From positions 1 to 64,000 of the forward strand of contig JAAILG010001066.1 in NCBI GenBank assembly GCA_012026655.1: 64,000 nt of DNA, written 5' to 3'. Below the pieces are notes generated by a model that made no database searches, had not been told where the DNA came from, and saw only the letters and a program-made list of their open reading frames with translations. The DNA is from Hydrolagus affinis. Its lineage: Eukaryota. This document shows, piece by piece, positions 23,621 through 36,851 of the stretch. Position numbers and translations under genes: made by a program. Within the stretch, counting starts at the first letter, position 1. The number at the start of each line of letters is the position of its first letter.

Positions 23621-26606
23621 CTGAGTTGTGAATGGGGAATCCTTTAGAGTAAGAGTACAGGAGCTTTGATGTCCATCTGGCATCATCTTACCTGATCTGG
23701 GAGTGCTGATTCCAACAATGAGTGCCCAAACTGGAAAATATTCTATTCCATTTCCCTTGACTGACATCTCTTGCTTTAATGAGCATAAAATTGAAATGCT
23801 GAAGCCCAGAAGGCTGATAGACTTAATTGTCTGCAATTGCCAATTTTATTATAATTACATGAAGTTATTTATAATGGGGACGATTAACATTAGTAGTTAA
23901 GTCATAAAAGTGTTCCATTTTTAAAATAGTTTAGCATATTTGGCTGAATGTAACAGTGCACATTCTGTCTCCATGTTGTAGTAGTGCTGAATCCTTATGC
24001 ATTATCTATGCTGCTACTTCAACAAATGAATGGTTTATTCTTGTGCTACTCTAGTAATGGTATAGTATTTTGCCAACCAGAAGTAGGAACACATGGGAGT
24101 GGGGGATGGGACTACTTGAAGAGGTAGTGCTTGGTTTCGTAACTGTCATAGGCATTCAGGTCCTTCCTTTAACTCTCCACCCCATCGAGAAAATTTGCTT
24201 GAACCTGGTATCCAGCCCACAACACTCTTGGTCTGAATTGTACAGTCTGTTAATTACTTGAATGCACTCTGAGACTTTCAGTGCATGAGGTTCTATAAAT
24301 ATGCAAGTTTTTGTTTCCCTAAATGCTTGCTGGTGTGAATAAAGTTTGCACTTGGAACAGTACGAGCACATATCAGTGAATAATACCCCTGAAGTACTTC
24401 AAATAATTTTCAAAAGTCAAATCATCAGATTTGTTGAATCAGCAAACGTTTGAAACAATCATCTAATTTGGAGTAAAAACATTATAAAATTGTACCTATC
24501 CAATTATGCTAAAGTTGTAATTAAATTACATTATAATTACATCCAGTTAGTCATAACCACTGTTTTTGTTTTCTATTGTTTTTTTTGCCATTACTGTATT
24601 AAATCACATGTGTTTTTCAGTGTGAATATTATTCCTCTCAGGCTTCAATACGTTTTCACGCATGCATAAGTAACAGTTCAGGCTGTGAGGTATTTGCTAG
24701 TTTTGTCAGGTGTTATCCATTTCAACTTCCTATTTGATGGTAGAGGACTTATTTGGTGCTGGGATTAATATTCACACTTTTACAATGAACAACTGGTATA
24801 TGTCACATTATTTTCCTTGCAGATATCAAAATACTTGTTTGTGTGTCATCTGTTTCTTTATTTTTGTATGAACTCTACAAACAGTGTTATGTGCACCTCA
24901 CACGTCTTTCTTCTTAATTTATCCCATGATAAGCAACCAGATTTTACTCTAAAAGTAAGTCATTGTATATTTAAGGTGCCTGTGTCATGTGACTCTTCTA
25001 AGAGGTTGCTTAATGCTTTGATTAAAATTGTGACAATGTCCTAGGAATATTGGAAAACAAGTTAAACTGTTTTAGGAGCTATTGGATTTTGACTTCTTTT
25101 ATGCGGCTTCCTGTATAAATCAATATGAACCTGCTAGATTATATTGCATCTGGGATGATTGTAAAAATGAAAGGGATTGACTGGATGATTCTGTAGAAGT
25201 TATTCACCAAAATGCAATGAAAATTGTGCTGAATAGTTACAATTAGTCAATCACATCTCACATTACATTTCTATACTTTGGAATGGGCATGAAGCAAATC
25301 ATATTTTTCCTCTTTTTTCTAAAAGTACTGAAGGGAAATGTAATCAATAGTTGACACTGATGATTGATGCAGAAATGTAATGAGTTAGATACTGTATAAT
25401 CATGAACCAGCTTTCAATGAGTTCTTTGGTGGATTAATCACAATTGATAGTACATTGTATTTCCTAAAATTTCATATGTATTTATACAAAGTCACACAAA
25501 GAAGCTTTGCAAATATTCTGACCCGTGGCAAGTGAGTTGAATGGTGGAAATCACTACAGTATGAAAAATGGGCCTATTTGAATGCTTAGTGTTCAGGAAT
25601 TATAGCCTAGGGGTTCCTTGTGACATCTGACAAGTGGTCCACTAAATCCATCTAAAGAAAACTGGGAAGGATTTTAGCTAAGTTTCAGTATAAGATATTA
25701 TTTGCCTATATTCGCAGAACTCTTGAAAATATGACTACTAATGTCAAATACGCACATGTAATATTCTAGAATGAATGGCACGTTTAAAAATAGGATTCAT
25801 TTTGAAAATTTTAAGCATCACTGATATTGTTTACGCAAAATGAATTTCCCAACACAATTACTGTCTATGTAATATATATTAGCTATTTGTTATTTAGTGC
25901 AGCATGCAACGTGAATGCAACCAGAGAAGAGGCGGCAATGGAATAATAACCCAAATTACATTCCATATAATGTTGCAATGCAGGGTGTTTGTGCGTGTGT
26001 AATGACAGGGCTATAAACTGCTGGTTGCCAGCCTTCAGCATAGAACAGCCATCTGTCTGTGCATAAATCTATCAACAGCGGTGAGCATCAAGAAGTATAG
26101 AAGATATAGTAAAAAATATTTGAACATTGCAGATTTAATAAGCTATTTTATCAGCAATATTCTATTTGCTGGTTTGAACAAAATCTACAGGATACTTAGT
26201 GAAGGCAAACAAAGAATGAATGTTTCAGTTGGATCCATCTATGCACTATTTGGTGAAAGGAGATCCTTTATGGTCTTATCTGGCTGCCTATATTGGTGGA
26301 AATCTGAAGTGAATATTGTATCATTTATAAAACTCAGACTACATTAGTAGCACTTCATTTAAATAATGAACAGCAATGAGACAGGAACATTGTAATCAAG
26401 TCATTTGGAATCTGTTGCACTCTGCATTAATGCAAATTGTGCTGTCAGCCACACAAGGCAGCACTTTACTCAGTTCATCACAATGTGATTAGCTTTCGGT
26501 ACCTGGTTATTTGAAAATGGCCAGTGTTTCGAAATGCTCTTAATTCTAATGGTTAGCCTTCAATCACTGACTGGTGTGAAAAGATATGCTGTCATTTTCA
26601 TTTCAG

Positions 26607-27540
26607 GTCTAACTCCACCAACCACTCCTCCACACAAAGCCAATCAAGATAATCCCTTTAAGACTGCAGTCAAACATAAGGCTACTTGCAGCTCTTCGGT
26701 ACGCAGCCCACCACCAAAGAAATCACGCTTAAATGATTCTGCCTCTAATCCTCCGCCAAGCAGTCCTGCAAAGAAGGATCCCGAACAAACTGAACTCTAC
26801 GCCCAGCTTAGTAAGACTTCAGTTTTACCCAGTGCACTTAGCCTTGGCCGAAATGAGGAAAGGAAAATGTCTCGGTCAAGCACACGGCTCTTTGGTGACC
26901 ATGACTACTGCCAGTTTATAATTGCAAAGGCAGAATCACTAAATATCAGAGATCCCTGCAGATCACGAGATCCCAAAGACATTAAACTCCCTTTGCCTAG
27001 GCAGCAACAACAAAACATTATTTCTGTCAGTCAAGTGTGCAGCAAAGAAAATCAGCAACATAATATGCAGGCCCTTTCCTTCTCTAATAGCAAGACACAG
27101 CTAAAAGACCAAGAAATTCGGGCTGAGCTAAACAAGCATTTTGGCCATCCTAGCCAAGCTTTCTTTGATGAACTAGAAGATAAGGCAAACCATCAGCGAG
27201 AAAAAGACTTTTGCTTTGAATATTATTCAAAGTTGCCTACATATCTCAATGCAGGGATGTCTATGGACGGTGTGTTTGATGAAAGTGATGATGAAACAGA
27301 CAAATTTCTTTATCCATGGGATGGAACACCAGATGGGTTCTTGTTAGAAAGATCTTGCTCTCGTTCTTTGTCCAGTTCCCCAGGCAGTGATTCTGTCTCC
27401 TCAGTGAAGGCTTTTGCCTCTTTTCAAAGAACATGCAGGACAAGGTCTAGATCTAGGTCTTATCCAAGATCTCGGGCCTCTTCTCGCTCCTCCTGCTCTC
27501 GTTCTCGATCAAGGTCTCCATATTGCAGATCCTCCTCCAG
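26607..27540 (+). CDS. PPARGC1A: PGC-1alpha exon 8 (LTPPTTPP, DHDY HCF-binding motif, first RS region)
   Basis: ttcag|GT...AG|gtaag; 934 nt within ORF 26534-27544; LTPPTTPPHKANQDNPF, PEQTELYAQLSK, LFGDHDYCQ (DHDY 26897-26908), LKDQEIRAELNKHFGHPSQA, RSRSRS repeats. Confidence 0.98.
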
Positions 27541-30500
27541 GTAAGGAAATGCATTTTCTTTCAAACTTTTGAATTGGATGGGATTATCTAGTGTTTCTAG
27601 AAATATTAAAGATGAACAATGAGATCTAATTTGTGATTTTTTTTAGAAGTATCCCTTTAGACTTCCTTTGGTCTGCAGGGATTCTGCTTTGTTGGAGTAG
27701 ACCAAAGCAAATTTCCCAGGGTTGGAGCTGAAATATTTCTGTTCATCGGAACAAGTCACCATTTCCACAATTGTTTACAATTTCCTAATAACGAATCCTA
27801 TTTGTGTTCAGAAATTCCACAAGTTAGACCCTAATATTTCAGTCAGAGGCAAACAATACTTGTTGTACAACCTGAGGATGGTGGTGAAGCAAGAAATTAA
27901 AAAGACAGGACAAGTTTGTGTCATCAAAAAAGATTCAGTGTTATGAGATTTATAAATATGCAACAAAGGGATCTCTGAGAAATTGGATGGGTAGACTTAA
28001 TTGGTTGATGGTCTACTCCAGACTGAAATTGTTGCTATGGGATCTAACATGTAGCAATTTCTAACAGGATTGCTTAATAAGGAAACAAAATGGAAATGAC
28101 CTGGTATCTGGAAGTATTGCTATCTGAGCCGTGGGAACCATACTCCAAAGTAAATGATTTTGGAAGGGAGCCAATATGATGCATCAAAATACAATTCCAC
28201 CATGATGCAATTCTAATTCCTTGTTAGAATTTGTTGACTATTAGATCCTGGGGTTACACATATATTTTATCTGTAACATTTAAATCTTTATCATCCTAAC
28301 AATAAAATTATAAAATGCGCAAAAGAATAGTAATAAGGAATGGCACTTTCCCCAGCCACTGACTTAGCTTTTGCACTATTTGGTAATGGTAAACTATTAA
28401 TATACTGTACATTAGGCATTTTGCTTCCTCTCTTTCTAATTGAAAGATACTTCCATTGGAGCTTAGATGACTTTTCCCTTCTTTAACGTATTGCTAGAGA
28501 TCAGTTCAGTGGCAGAGATAGATTTATTCCTACTATGATGGTTGGCTTCCTGGATGCCTGACATGGTGGTTGACTTATGAAGTAACCTAAATGTAGCTGT
28601 GCTTTACAGGATAATGTTTAACACCACCAAATTGAGGGCAGGAGGAGAGGTGTACATGCTGGTAGATTAAGTGATCGCTGGAGTGTATAATGTCAGATCA
28701 TTGGACATCATAGATGAAAGGACTATATAGAATTCATAAGAATTCTATCTGCATTAAGTTTGCTGGCACCATTCACATGCATTCAAATGCCATGCCATTT
28801 ACATTGCCTTAAATTAGTCTATTAATTCAGGTATTTCTTAGATTAGTGCCGGTTTATCCTATTAAATAGAGAGAGCTTTCTTTATGGAAAGTTTTGTGCA
28901 TGAGCACTGAGCTTGACACCATAATCTTGTTTCATAGATAATAAAAATTTTAAGAATCATGACTGGGAATGAAAGTTGACTTGGGACGACTTTTCATATT
29001 GACAGTTGATTAAAAAAAAGAGGACGTACTTGACAACTAGGAATTCACTCACACAGGATTCAGATAGAATTATTTCATGCAAAAGATAATTGATATATTG
29101 GGTGTGGAAAAGGCTGTTGAAGGAAGCAATAGAAGTTGGTTCAGGAGGCAATGAGATGTGTTCGTGGAAAAAAGAGGATGGATGTGGCGAGAAGGAATAA
29201 AAGCTTTAGCACCAAAATGGTGAAGGCCTATTGCCTTTCTCCTGTACATTTAATAGTTTTTTTTTGCCATAGAGTAAAATGGAACATTGATAGAAAAGAA
29301 ATCTGCTGTTTGACCCAAGAAGGGTAATAAAGAACACCAGAACAGACAGTGTCCCCATGCCAAGGCGGAACCAGGAAAGATTTTGGATTGACAATGTTTG
29401 GCCAGATGGTTGAATGTGAAATACTAGCTGACATAAACTTGCATCATAAATGGGGACTTAGAATAGTCTACAAGCTTTCTGAAGGTAATTAAGTGAGCAG
29501 ACTCTATAGCTTGCTGCTATCTTTAGCAATGGATTCCAGATTGTTTACTGTAGTAGATTACATGATGTTATTAGAACTAATGATTTAAACGTAGAAATAT
29601 GGGCATCCAGGCTTTTGTAGTTATTTGAAATTGTTTTATTGCAGTGCATAGAATATTGAACCTAGAAATAACTTACAACATCTGCGTCCTGTGTTGAAAT
29701 GGTCTTTGCTGTTGGTGGAGGTGATTCATAGCTGACAGGCCACTATGCCATTTCCTACGCTGTGAGAGTGATGTAGGTAGTTGAGTTCAACCTCGATCAG
29801 TAACAGGAGCCTCACGTAGAGAACAGGAGAGGTGAGTGAAGAGAAGAAAGGGCATTGAGTGCATGTCCTTCAGTCCCTCAAGACGCCATGGTCCGTCTGC
29901 CCAGACTTCAGGCTGCAGCTAATCTAATGACTTCCACTGGAAAGCAGATTTTATTCATTACCTAGAAATGCTGCTTTACAATTAAACTGTGACTCGGTGA
30001 TTCTGAGACTGAAGTATAAATAACCTTTTTTTTTCAGTTTCATTTCCGTTAGGTACTTTTCTCATTGATTCACTAATTGCTTGTTTTTGTTTGTGTCTGG
30101 CTGGCTATGTTAACCACTTCTATGAATAGAATCCACAAATGTGATCATCTGGTGTATGGCGATTTCATAATATAATTTCTATACAGTTTATTAAAAACAT
30201 TTTTCTTCCCCGTCCTCTTATTATTTTCCCTCTCTATATTTGCCCCCCTACCCTCCTATCATGCCACGATATTCCCTGATTGAGCAACAGTCTGGTGTTG
30301 GGCTTTCCTGCCCTGTAACCAGCTGCCAGAAGCAGCCTGCATTGACTTGTGCTCCGTGTTTTACTTTACAAGTCCATGGGGTAAGTGCCTAGACTCCTCT
30401 CAGCACTAGCCCCAATGCTCAGCTCCCACACACCCTGCCTGAGAAGAGGAACATAGAGTGTGAAAAATCCTCGACTCACGCCCCTGCTTCTATCTGGCTC

Positions 30501-30599
30501 AGTAAATTGCGAAGAGGTTTTAATTTTCGCCAAATGATTTGAAAAATTTCTGATTGCTATTAATTTCGGTGACATATTTACATTTATTTTGCTTCATAG

Positions 30600-30716
30600 A
30601 TCACATCAATGCTATGATTCAGGGCGCAGTAGGGTACAGCACAGGTCGCGTGGAAGCCCTTGCTCATATTCAAGGTCATGTTCCAGGTCACCCTGTGCCC
30701 GCTATAGTAGACCCAG
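30600..30716 (+). CDS. PPARGC1A: PGC-1alpha exon 9 (RS-rich)
   Basis: catag|A...AG|gtgag; 117 nt, phase 2 to 2; SHQCYDSGRSRVQHRSRGSPCSYSRSCSRSPCARYSRPR. Confidence 0.92.
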
Positions 30717-32430
30717 GTGAGGGAATTACTAGTGTAACATATTTTACTGTGCTCTATTGTGCCGAACCGTCCTTTAATAACTTAATATTTCTATTAATAA
30801 TATTACAATGTACTTAACGAGCTCCTGTTCACACAGCAATTATTTTACCTGGATTAAAACGCTAAATCAGTGTTGTGTGGTTTAAAGCTGACACCATGCC
30901 TGGGGCACAGGATATTTGGCTTTCTTTTGGCTTAAGACAATTGTGTTACAATTGGAGATTGTGCAGACTTTGGAAAAGGTAATTGGAAAACCGAATTCAC
31001 TTCTAATTTGGAAGCTGTTTTTTACACAATTTATTTAAGGAACAGGGTACAGTAATATTAGGAAGAAATTATACAAGGAATTGAGTAGTTAGATTAGAGA
31101 GGCCAATGGTCTATTCCTGCCTGACATTATTTCTATGTAACAGCGTATCCACTCTCTTCTCTCTCTCTCGTTGTAAGAGCAGGAAGGGCTCAAAAAGAGC
31201 AATCAGATGGGTGGTCTTGAGCACACGTGGAATGAGCAAGATGAGAAAAATGGTCTGTTTGTCAATCAAGTGCTGAAATGCTCCACATGCTATTGCCAGG
31301 GCCTGGCTATGTGAGCATCCAGTTATGCTAAGCCATGTTAGCACCTGCATTTCTCTTATGGAAACTTATCCTCTCCTCTCCAGCAGCTGCTTTTTTTTAT
31401 GTGTAGAGAGTGCAGACATTCTCATCTCAGTTATTAGTCACGAGAACACCACATGAAACAGCCTATAATATGGTCTAGTTGGCATTAAATTGCTAATCTC
31501 ATTCCATGGCTGGGTTAGAAATAGCATTAATCATTGGTGCAGCTGGGAGTGTCTTTTTCGAAACTGAAGGTCCTAGTGCACACTTAGGACAAAGGAGGAA
31601 ACTGTTGCTCTGAACCTAACTTTTACTGAACCCAACTTTAGAGTCAATTGTGCTTTCGCTGGTTATTTAAAGTGAAAAGGAATTGCATTTGCAGTCCTGA
31701 CACCTCTTACCTTGACAAACACACATTTTCTCTAAAAATCAAACTATAAAAGCGTAAATCAGTTGACAGATTCCATGAAGCAAGGGTATTGTTATTCCAG
31801 GACACCAGTAAAACAATTGCTGTGTCAATGGGTACTGGGTTTATGCCAGTTCGGCACCTTAACTTGAATCATGAGTTGGTGCTGTAGAGATTAATTGAAG
31901 TTGTTTTTTGCGGGTTCTTTTCTATTCTCTGCAACTGACCTACTTCTGTAGTGTTTGATCAATACTGAAACATTTCACAGTGACAATATGATTAAACAAG
32001 CTTTTCTGCAATGAGAAAATTACAGTTTCAGTGCAGTACACATGAACCATGGGCAGAAGGTGCTGAAACACATCACTTTATTTGATTCGCAATGGCACTT
32101 ACCTGGTCAGCACAGTCATACAGTTTGCTGTGCCCTGATAGGGCAGGACGAAGATCCACCACTGAGGTTCCCTGCCTTGCGAGTGACCAGCCTCAATAGG
32201 GTGTTCAGGCAGACACACACACACCCAGCAGAGTTTAGGGGCATTTTCCCACAGGAGTGGAGGTAAATGATAGGCCCTGTCGATTTGGTCTTCTCATACC
32301 CATCTGAGCGGCTATTTACAAAACTGCAGGGGCTTGGAAGCAGACCATTTGCCCATTTTTTTGCAGATGCAAAAATAATACCTAAAAGATTTGAAAGCGA
32401 AAACTGGACAAATAAAATTAAGTAAAAACA

Positions 32431-32648
32431 CAAAATACTGCAGATGCTGTAAATCTGAAACAAAAATAAAAAGTCGCTGGCAATAGTCAGCAGGTCAGGC
32501 AGCATCTATGGAGAAAAGAACGGTGAGTCAACGTTTCAGGTCCATAATCCTTCGTCAGAACCCGAGTCTGATGAAGGGTCTTGGAGCCAAAACGTTGACT
32601 CGCTTTTCCTTTCTCCATAGATGCTGCCTGACCTGCTGAGTGTTGTCA
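32431..32648. mobile_element. Penelope-like palindromic element, second copy
   Basis: Same arms: CAGCAGGTCAGGCAGCATCTATGGAG...CTCCATAGATGCTGCCTGACCTGCTG. Confidence 0.8.
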
Positions 32649-34179
32649 TATAGAAATAAGTGCTTAGCTTACATGTAAAGTTAGTTGCTATAGAATGGTA
32701 TCCTGTGTTTATACCATACAACATAATAAACGGTTGGTTCACTCGTGTACACAAACCTGAAGGGGGAATTGTAACCAGGAGTCAGGAGTCACTTAGAATT
32801 TGGCTGAAATCCAATTATCAACAATTTGCTTACAGTATATCTACAAAAGATATGTCCACATGTATATTATTTAACCTATATAAATAAATGCATCAAATAT
32901 ATTTTTGTTTCAAAACAGTTTTGTGTCAAAATCTCATCACATTTGCCAATTTCTACACATTGTTCAATACAGTATTATGTTTACTTTTAATATACCGACA
33001 GACCTAGTTTATCTGTGATTCACTGAACAAAATTTAATTTCCAAACATTGTTTTGTGCTAAGGCATATACATTATAATCCTGATGCCTCCTAATCTGAAA
33101 ATTTTCTTTTCCAAACCTCAATTCAATGAACTTTATACAGCGTTGTCCTTTGCTCATGTAACCAAAAGAGATGTTCATTACATCAAGCTGTCTCACACCT
33201 TCCCATGAGACATCAGGCCTTATCTCTGTGGGAGAAACAGCGGAAGAAATGACGACATATGTGAACTGCATTTGCTCTGAGATTTCTGTGGTGCAGAAAT
33301 GACAGCTGTGGGTCTGGAAGCTGAACTAGCAAATACTGCTTACAAAGGCATGACAACATTTGCACAGACTTAGTTTGGTCTGTGGATGGCTCATCTATTT
33401 ACAGTGACACCTGGAGAGACTGGGAGAAATGACTATCTGGAACCATGCAATCGTCCATCTTAACCCATTGTTCATCTGGGCATGAACAACAATATGGAAA
33501 TAGTCCAAAATCTGAGAGTGAGTGGAATGAATTCTGAGGGTACCATTATATCAAATGCTGTACTCACTGAGAAAGGACAGTGTTACAGATGACAGATGGG
33601 TGTTGCACACATAGAATATGTATATCCCAATATGAAAGGTGCTCTACAAATGTAATTTGTTGTTGCTTTGTAAGAACATAAAAAATGCTTGACAATAAAA
33701 GAGGACCACAGTCCATTGAGTTTGCCTTCCACCTTCTTGAGGGTAGCATGCACACATGTCCTGAACTACCTATGTACCACATCCCAGAATTTTATTTCCT
33801 ATGAATTTTCGGAATGATACTATAATTAGATCCAATCCTTCCAAAAAATTCTGATGATCTACAAAAAGTATTCCGGCTATGGTGAAACTATGAGTGTTGA
33901 TCTCACTGCTGTCACCACAACAGCCACAATATGTTTTTACAAGGTTATACCCTACCACATGCTTTGCTTAAAACTATTGGCTTAGAATGTAAGAATGTTG
34001 CAGAATTTTGGAAAATAATCTTAATTTTTAAGCAACTTTTCTATAGCAAAATAAATCTGTTTCAAATTAAGTTTGAATTTAAGATCATTTTCCAAAATTC
34101 CCCAAACACAATCTTAAATTTCATGACAATGATCTTAAGCCTAATAACAATGTAGAATTTCAGGCTGCTAATACGTACA

Positions 34180-34780
34180 AAATAAATGAAACTGGTTGTT
34201 TCTATTGGGACCCTAATGACACATTAGCATCTGCAACGATCACAAGTGCTAAGATTTACTGTTACTCTGCTGTAATGCTGATGGCTCTGACAAGAGAAAG
34301 GCATTTGTTATTGGCACTGAAACTGCAAATGCTTAAATGGGTTATTGGATCCAGAAATGTGCATTCGACACAGGAAAGCCAGAAAAGGCATGAGCCACAA
34401 CCTTCGAGTTCAAAGATTAGCTGCATGATTTAGATTGCTCCATTTATTGGCAACAGTAACATGTCACGTTGCCTGTGGATAATGTTGGCACTTGTAACCG
34501 AATAGCATGATAACTCTGTACTTCTACCACTTGCCACAAAACACTACAGTGCCCGTGCAGCCAATAGACGCTGATATCATCAAAAGCTTCAAATGCTTTT
34601 ACATAAAAGGGAACTTTGTTGGCATTGACTGTGCAGAATCAGTGCAGAGACTTAGTGAGTCTTTGCCAGGCTTTGCTCTTTATCTTCAGTTGCTGACTAT
34701 CTGTGACTGCCTCTCCCATCAGCAACTGCTGGAAGAATATGCACATCATTCAGGTACCAGCTGTGACTGGTGACAAGGAG
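34180..34780 (+). pseudogene. pogo/Tigger DDE transposase fossil
   Basis: Motifs in the expected order across frameshifts: NETGCFYW, LCCNADGSDKRKAFVIG, VDN, LPQNTTVPVQPIDADIIKSFKCFY. Confidence 0.82.
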
Positions 34781-35750
34781 CCAGCAGTACCTAAGGCCGA
34801 AGCTGCGCCCCCTGTCACTGAGGATCTGGCAGAGATTGCAGGGCTTAATCCAGATTTTTTTTCTTGCTGCAAAATGGTATCCAAACCTCTTCTCTTCTAA
34901 CACCCGCAGACATGGAACTTCTTGATCTATTCAGCCAAATGCTGAACCATGAAGGGTTCATAGAAGGGGGACTGGGAACTATCACCTTTCCCAATTCCCG
35001 TTCGCCTTTGTGATGCTTTCAATCAGTGTCATGTTATCTCTAGCAATCCTTGTGCCTTGAGACCAGTCTTTCGCTATTGCTGTAATAAGCATTTTAAAAT
35101 ACATGGACAATCAAGATAGAGCAAAACAGCAGATTTTCCATCAGGTTGTAAGTTGAGAGTAATTAGAGATTTTGATGGTAGCTTTTTGGACACTGTTAGA
35201 TTTTTGGATATGCAGTCTGCTTGTTCTTAATGGTTTTCATACCCTGTTTGCTCTTCAAATAAACAAATCAATGCTGTACAATACATGCTTTAAAGATTTA
35301 TTTGCATTTCTTTCCATTGGTGTTGGTGAGTTAGATGATTCACAGTGTACATCAAAATGATATCTTCCAAAACATATTCAGATAAACCAGGTCTGACTGT
35401 ATCTTAAATAGACAGCTATTTGAATATGTGTTTGAGGAAACATCACAATATTCAGAAGCTGAATTACTTTGATCCCTCCTTAGGTTTAAGTCAAGATTCA
35501 TTTAATGTTTTATCTGTCATATATATATGTATGTATATATAATATGTACGTATCCACTATGGGATAATATTCTGTTTGTCCTATGTTTAGTGCACAATAA
35601 CATGTGTGTTTACTATGAATTTCCAATATAATCACACATTTTCAAAGTGCATTAAGCTTACATGCTCATGGAGTGACAATCCCTATATGTGTGGATTTGA
35701 CTATGTTAACACTTTTTCTATCTTCATGCTACATAATTAAATATCTTCAG

Positions 35751-35871
35751 GTACGACAGCTATGAAGAATATGAAAATGAAAGGCTGAAGAGGGAGGAAT
35801 ATCGACGGGACTATGAGAAACGTGAATTTGAAAGGGCAAAGCAAAGGGAGCGACAAAGACAAAAGGCCATT
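35751..35871 (+). CDS. PPARGC1A: PGC-1alpha exon 10
   Basis: ttcag|G...ATT|gtaag; 121 nt; YDSYEEYENERLKREEYRRDYEKREFERAKQRERQRQKAI. Confidence 0.98.
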
Positions 35872-35974
35872 GTAAGTCATTGAAAGACGTATTGTGCTTT
35901 GTTTGTGTGCTGAATGTACAAAACAAAGCAATATTTACATGTGTAAATATTTTATTGTTTTTTCATATCTGTAG

Positions 35975-36096
35975 GAGGAACGACGCGTTATCTATGTGGG
36001 TAAAATCAGGGGTGACATCACACGCACAGAATTGAAGAGACGTTTTGAGGTGTTTGGTGAAATTGAGGAATGCACTGTCCACTTGCGGGAAGATGG
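35975..36096 (+). CDS. PPARGC1A: PGC-1alpha exon 11 (RRM, first half)
   Basis: gtag|GAG...GG|gtaag; 122 nt; EERRVIYVGKIRGDITRTELKRRFEVFGEIEECTVHLREDG. Confidence 0.98.
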
Positions 36097-36337
36097 GTAA
36101 GAATTTGAATGGTTCAATATCACTGAGGACTCGCAATTATCTTAACCTTGGGCTTGTCTGACAGATATGACAAGCATCCTTTGTTTAGCAAGCGATAAAA
36201 TAATCCATTTGGTTATCCAAGCTCATTACTCGTCTGTCAAATAGAAGTCCATTGAATTAAATTCCACATTTCATTCATAATCTGCCAGGTATGTTGCAAT
36301 GAATGACTGATTTTACTTGTGCTCCAATTATTTGCAG

Positions 36338-36489
36338 TGACAACTATGGTTTCATCACATATCGTTACACCTGCGATGCTTTTGCTGCCCTGGAGAATGG
36401 ACATACTTTGCGAAGATCTAATGAGCCCCCATTTGAATTGTGCTTTGGTGGTCGTAGGCAATTTTACAAGTCTAACTATGCAGATCTAG
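36338..36489 (+). CDS. PPARGC1A: PGC-1alpha exon 12 (RRM, second half)
   Basis: tgcag|T...G|gtatg; 152 nt; DNYGFITYRYTCDAFAALENGHTLRRSNEPPFELCFGGRRQFYKSNYADL. Confidence 0.98.
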
Positions 36490-36851
36490 GTATGATTCCA
36501 AAATGACAAGATTTCTAGTAATGTAAATGTCTTTGTAGGAATTTGAAATAGCATTGATAAATCACATATTGTTTGTAGCAAGAGGTTTGCAATTCAGTCC
36601 ATTGTGTACTGGTGCTCGCTCCATCCCTACCTATTATAAACCTATTGTTCTGTTTTTCCAACTATCTTTTACATTATGTTTCCTCAAATGTTTATCCAAT
36701 TCCCTTTTAAAAACCTGCACTTTAATTGATTTCAACAGTAATATTTGATAAAACATTCTATATTATAACAACCTTATATGTAAACAAAGGTTTTTCTAAA
36801 TGTTTATCTCTGAAAATAATCCTTTCTATTCTCTTGTCACTGATTAACAAT

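Noticed and set aside
26534-26606. N-terminal extension of the 336-aa ORF as a separate single-exon gene
   Set aside because: Intronic read-through upstream of the exon 8 acceptor at 26606
30670-30690. ERR element TCAAGGTCA and a second AGGTCA inside exon 9
   Set aside because: Explained by Ser-Arg-Ser codons (TCA AGG TCA); no independent support
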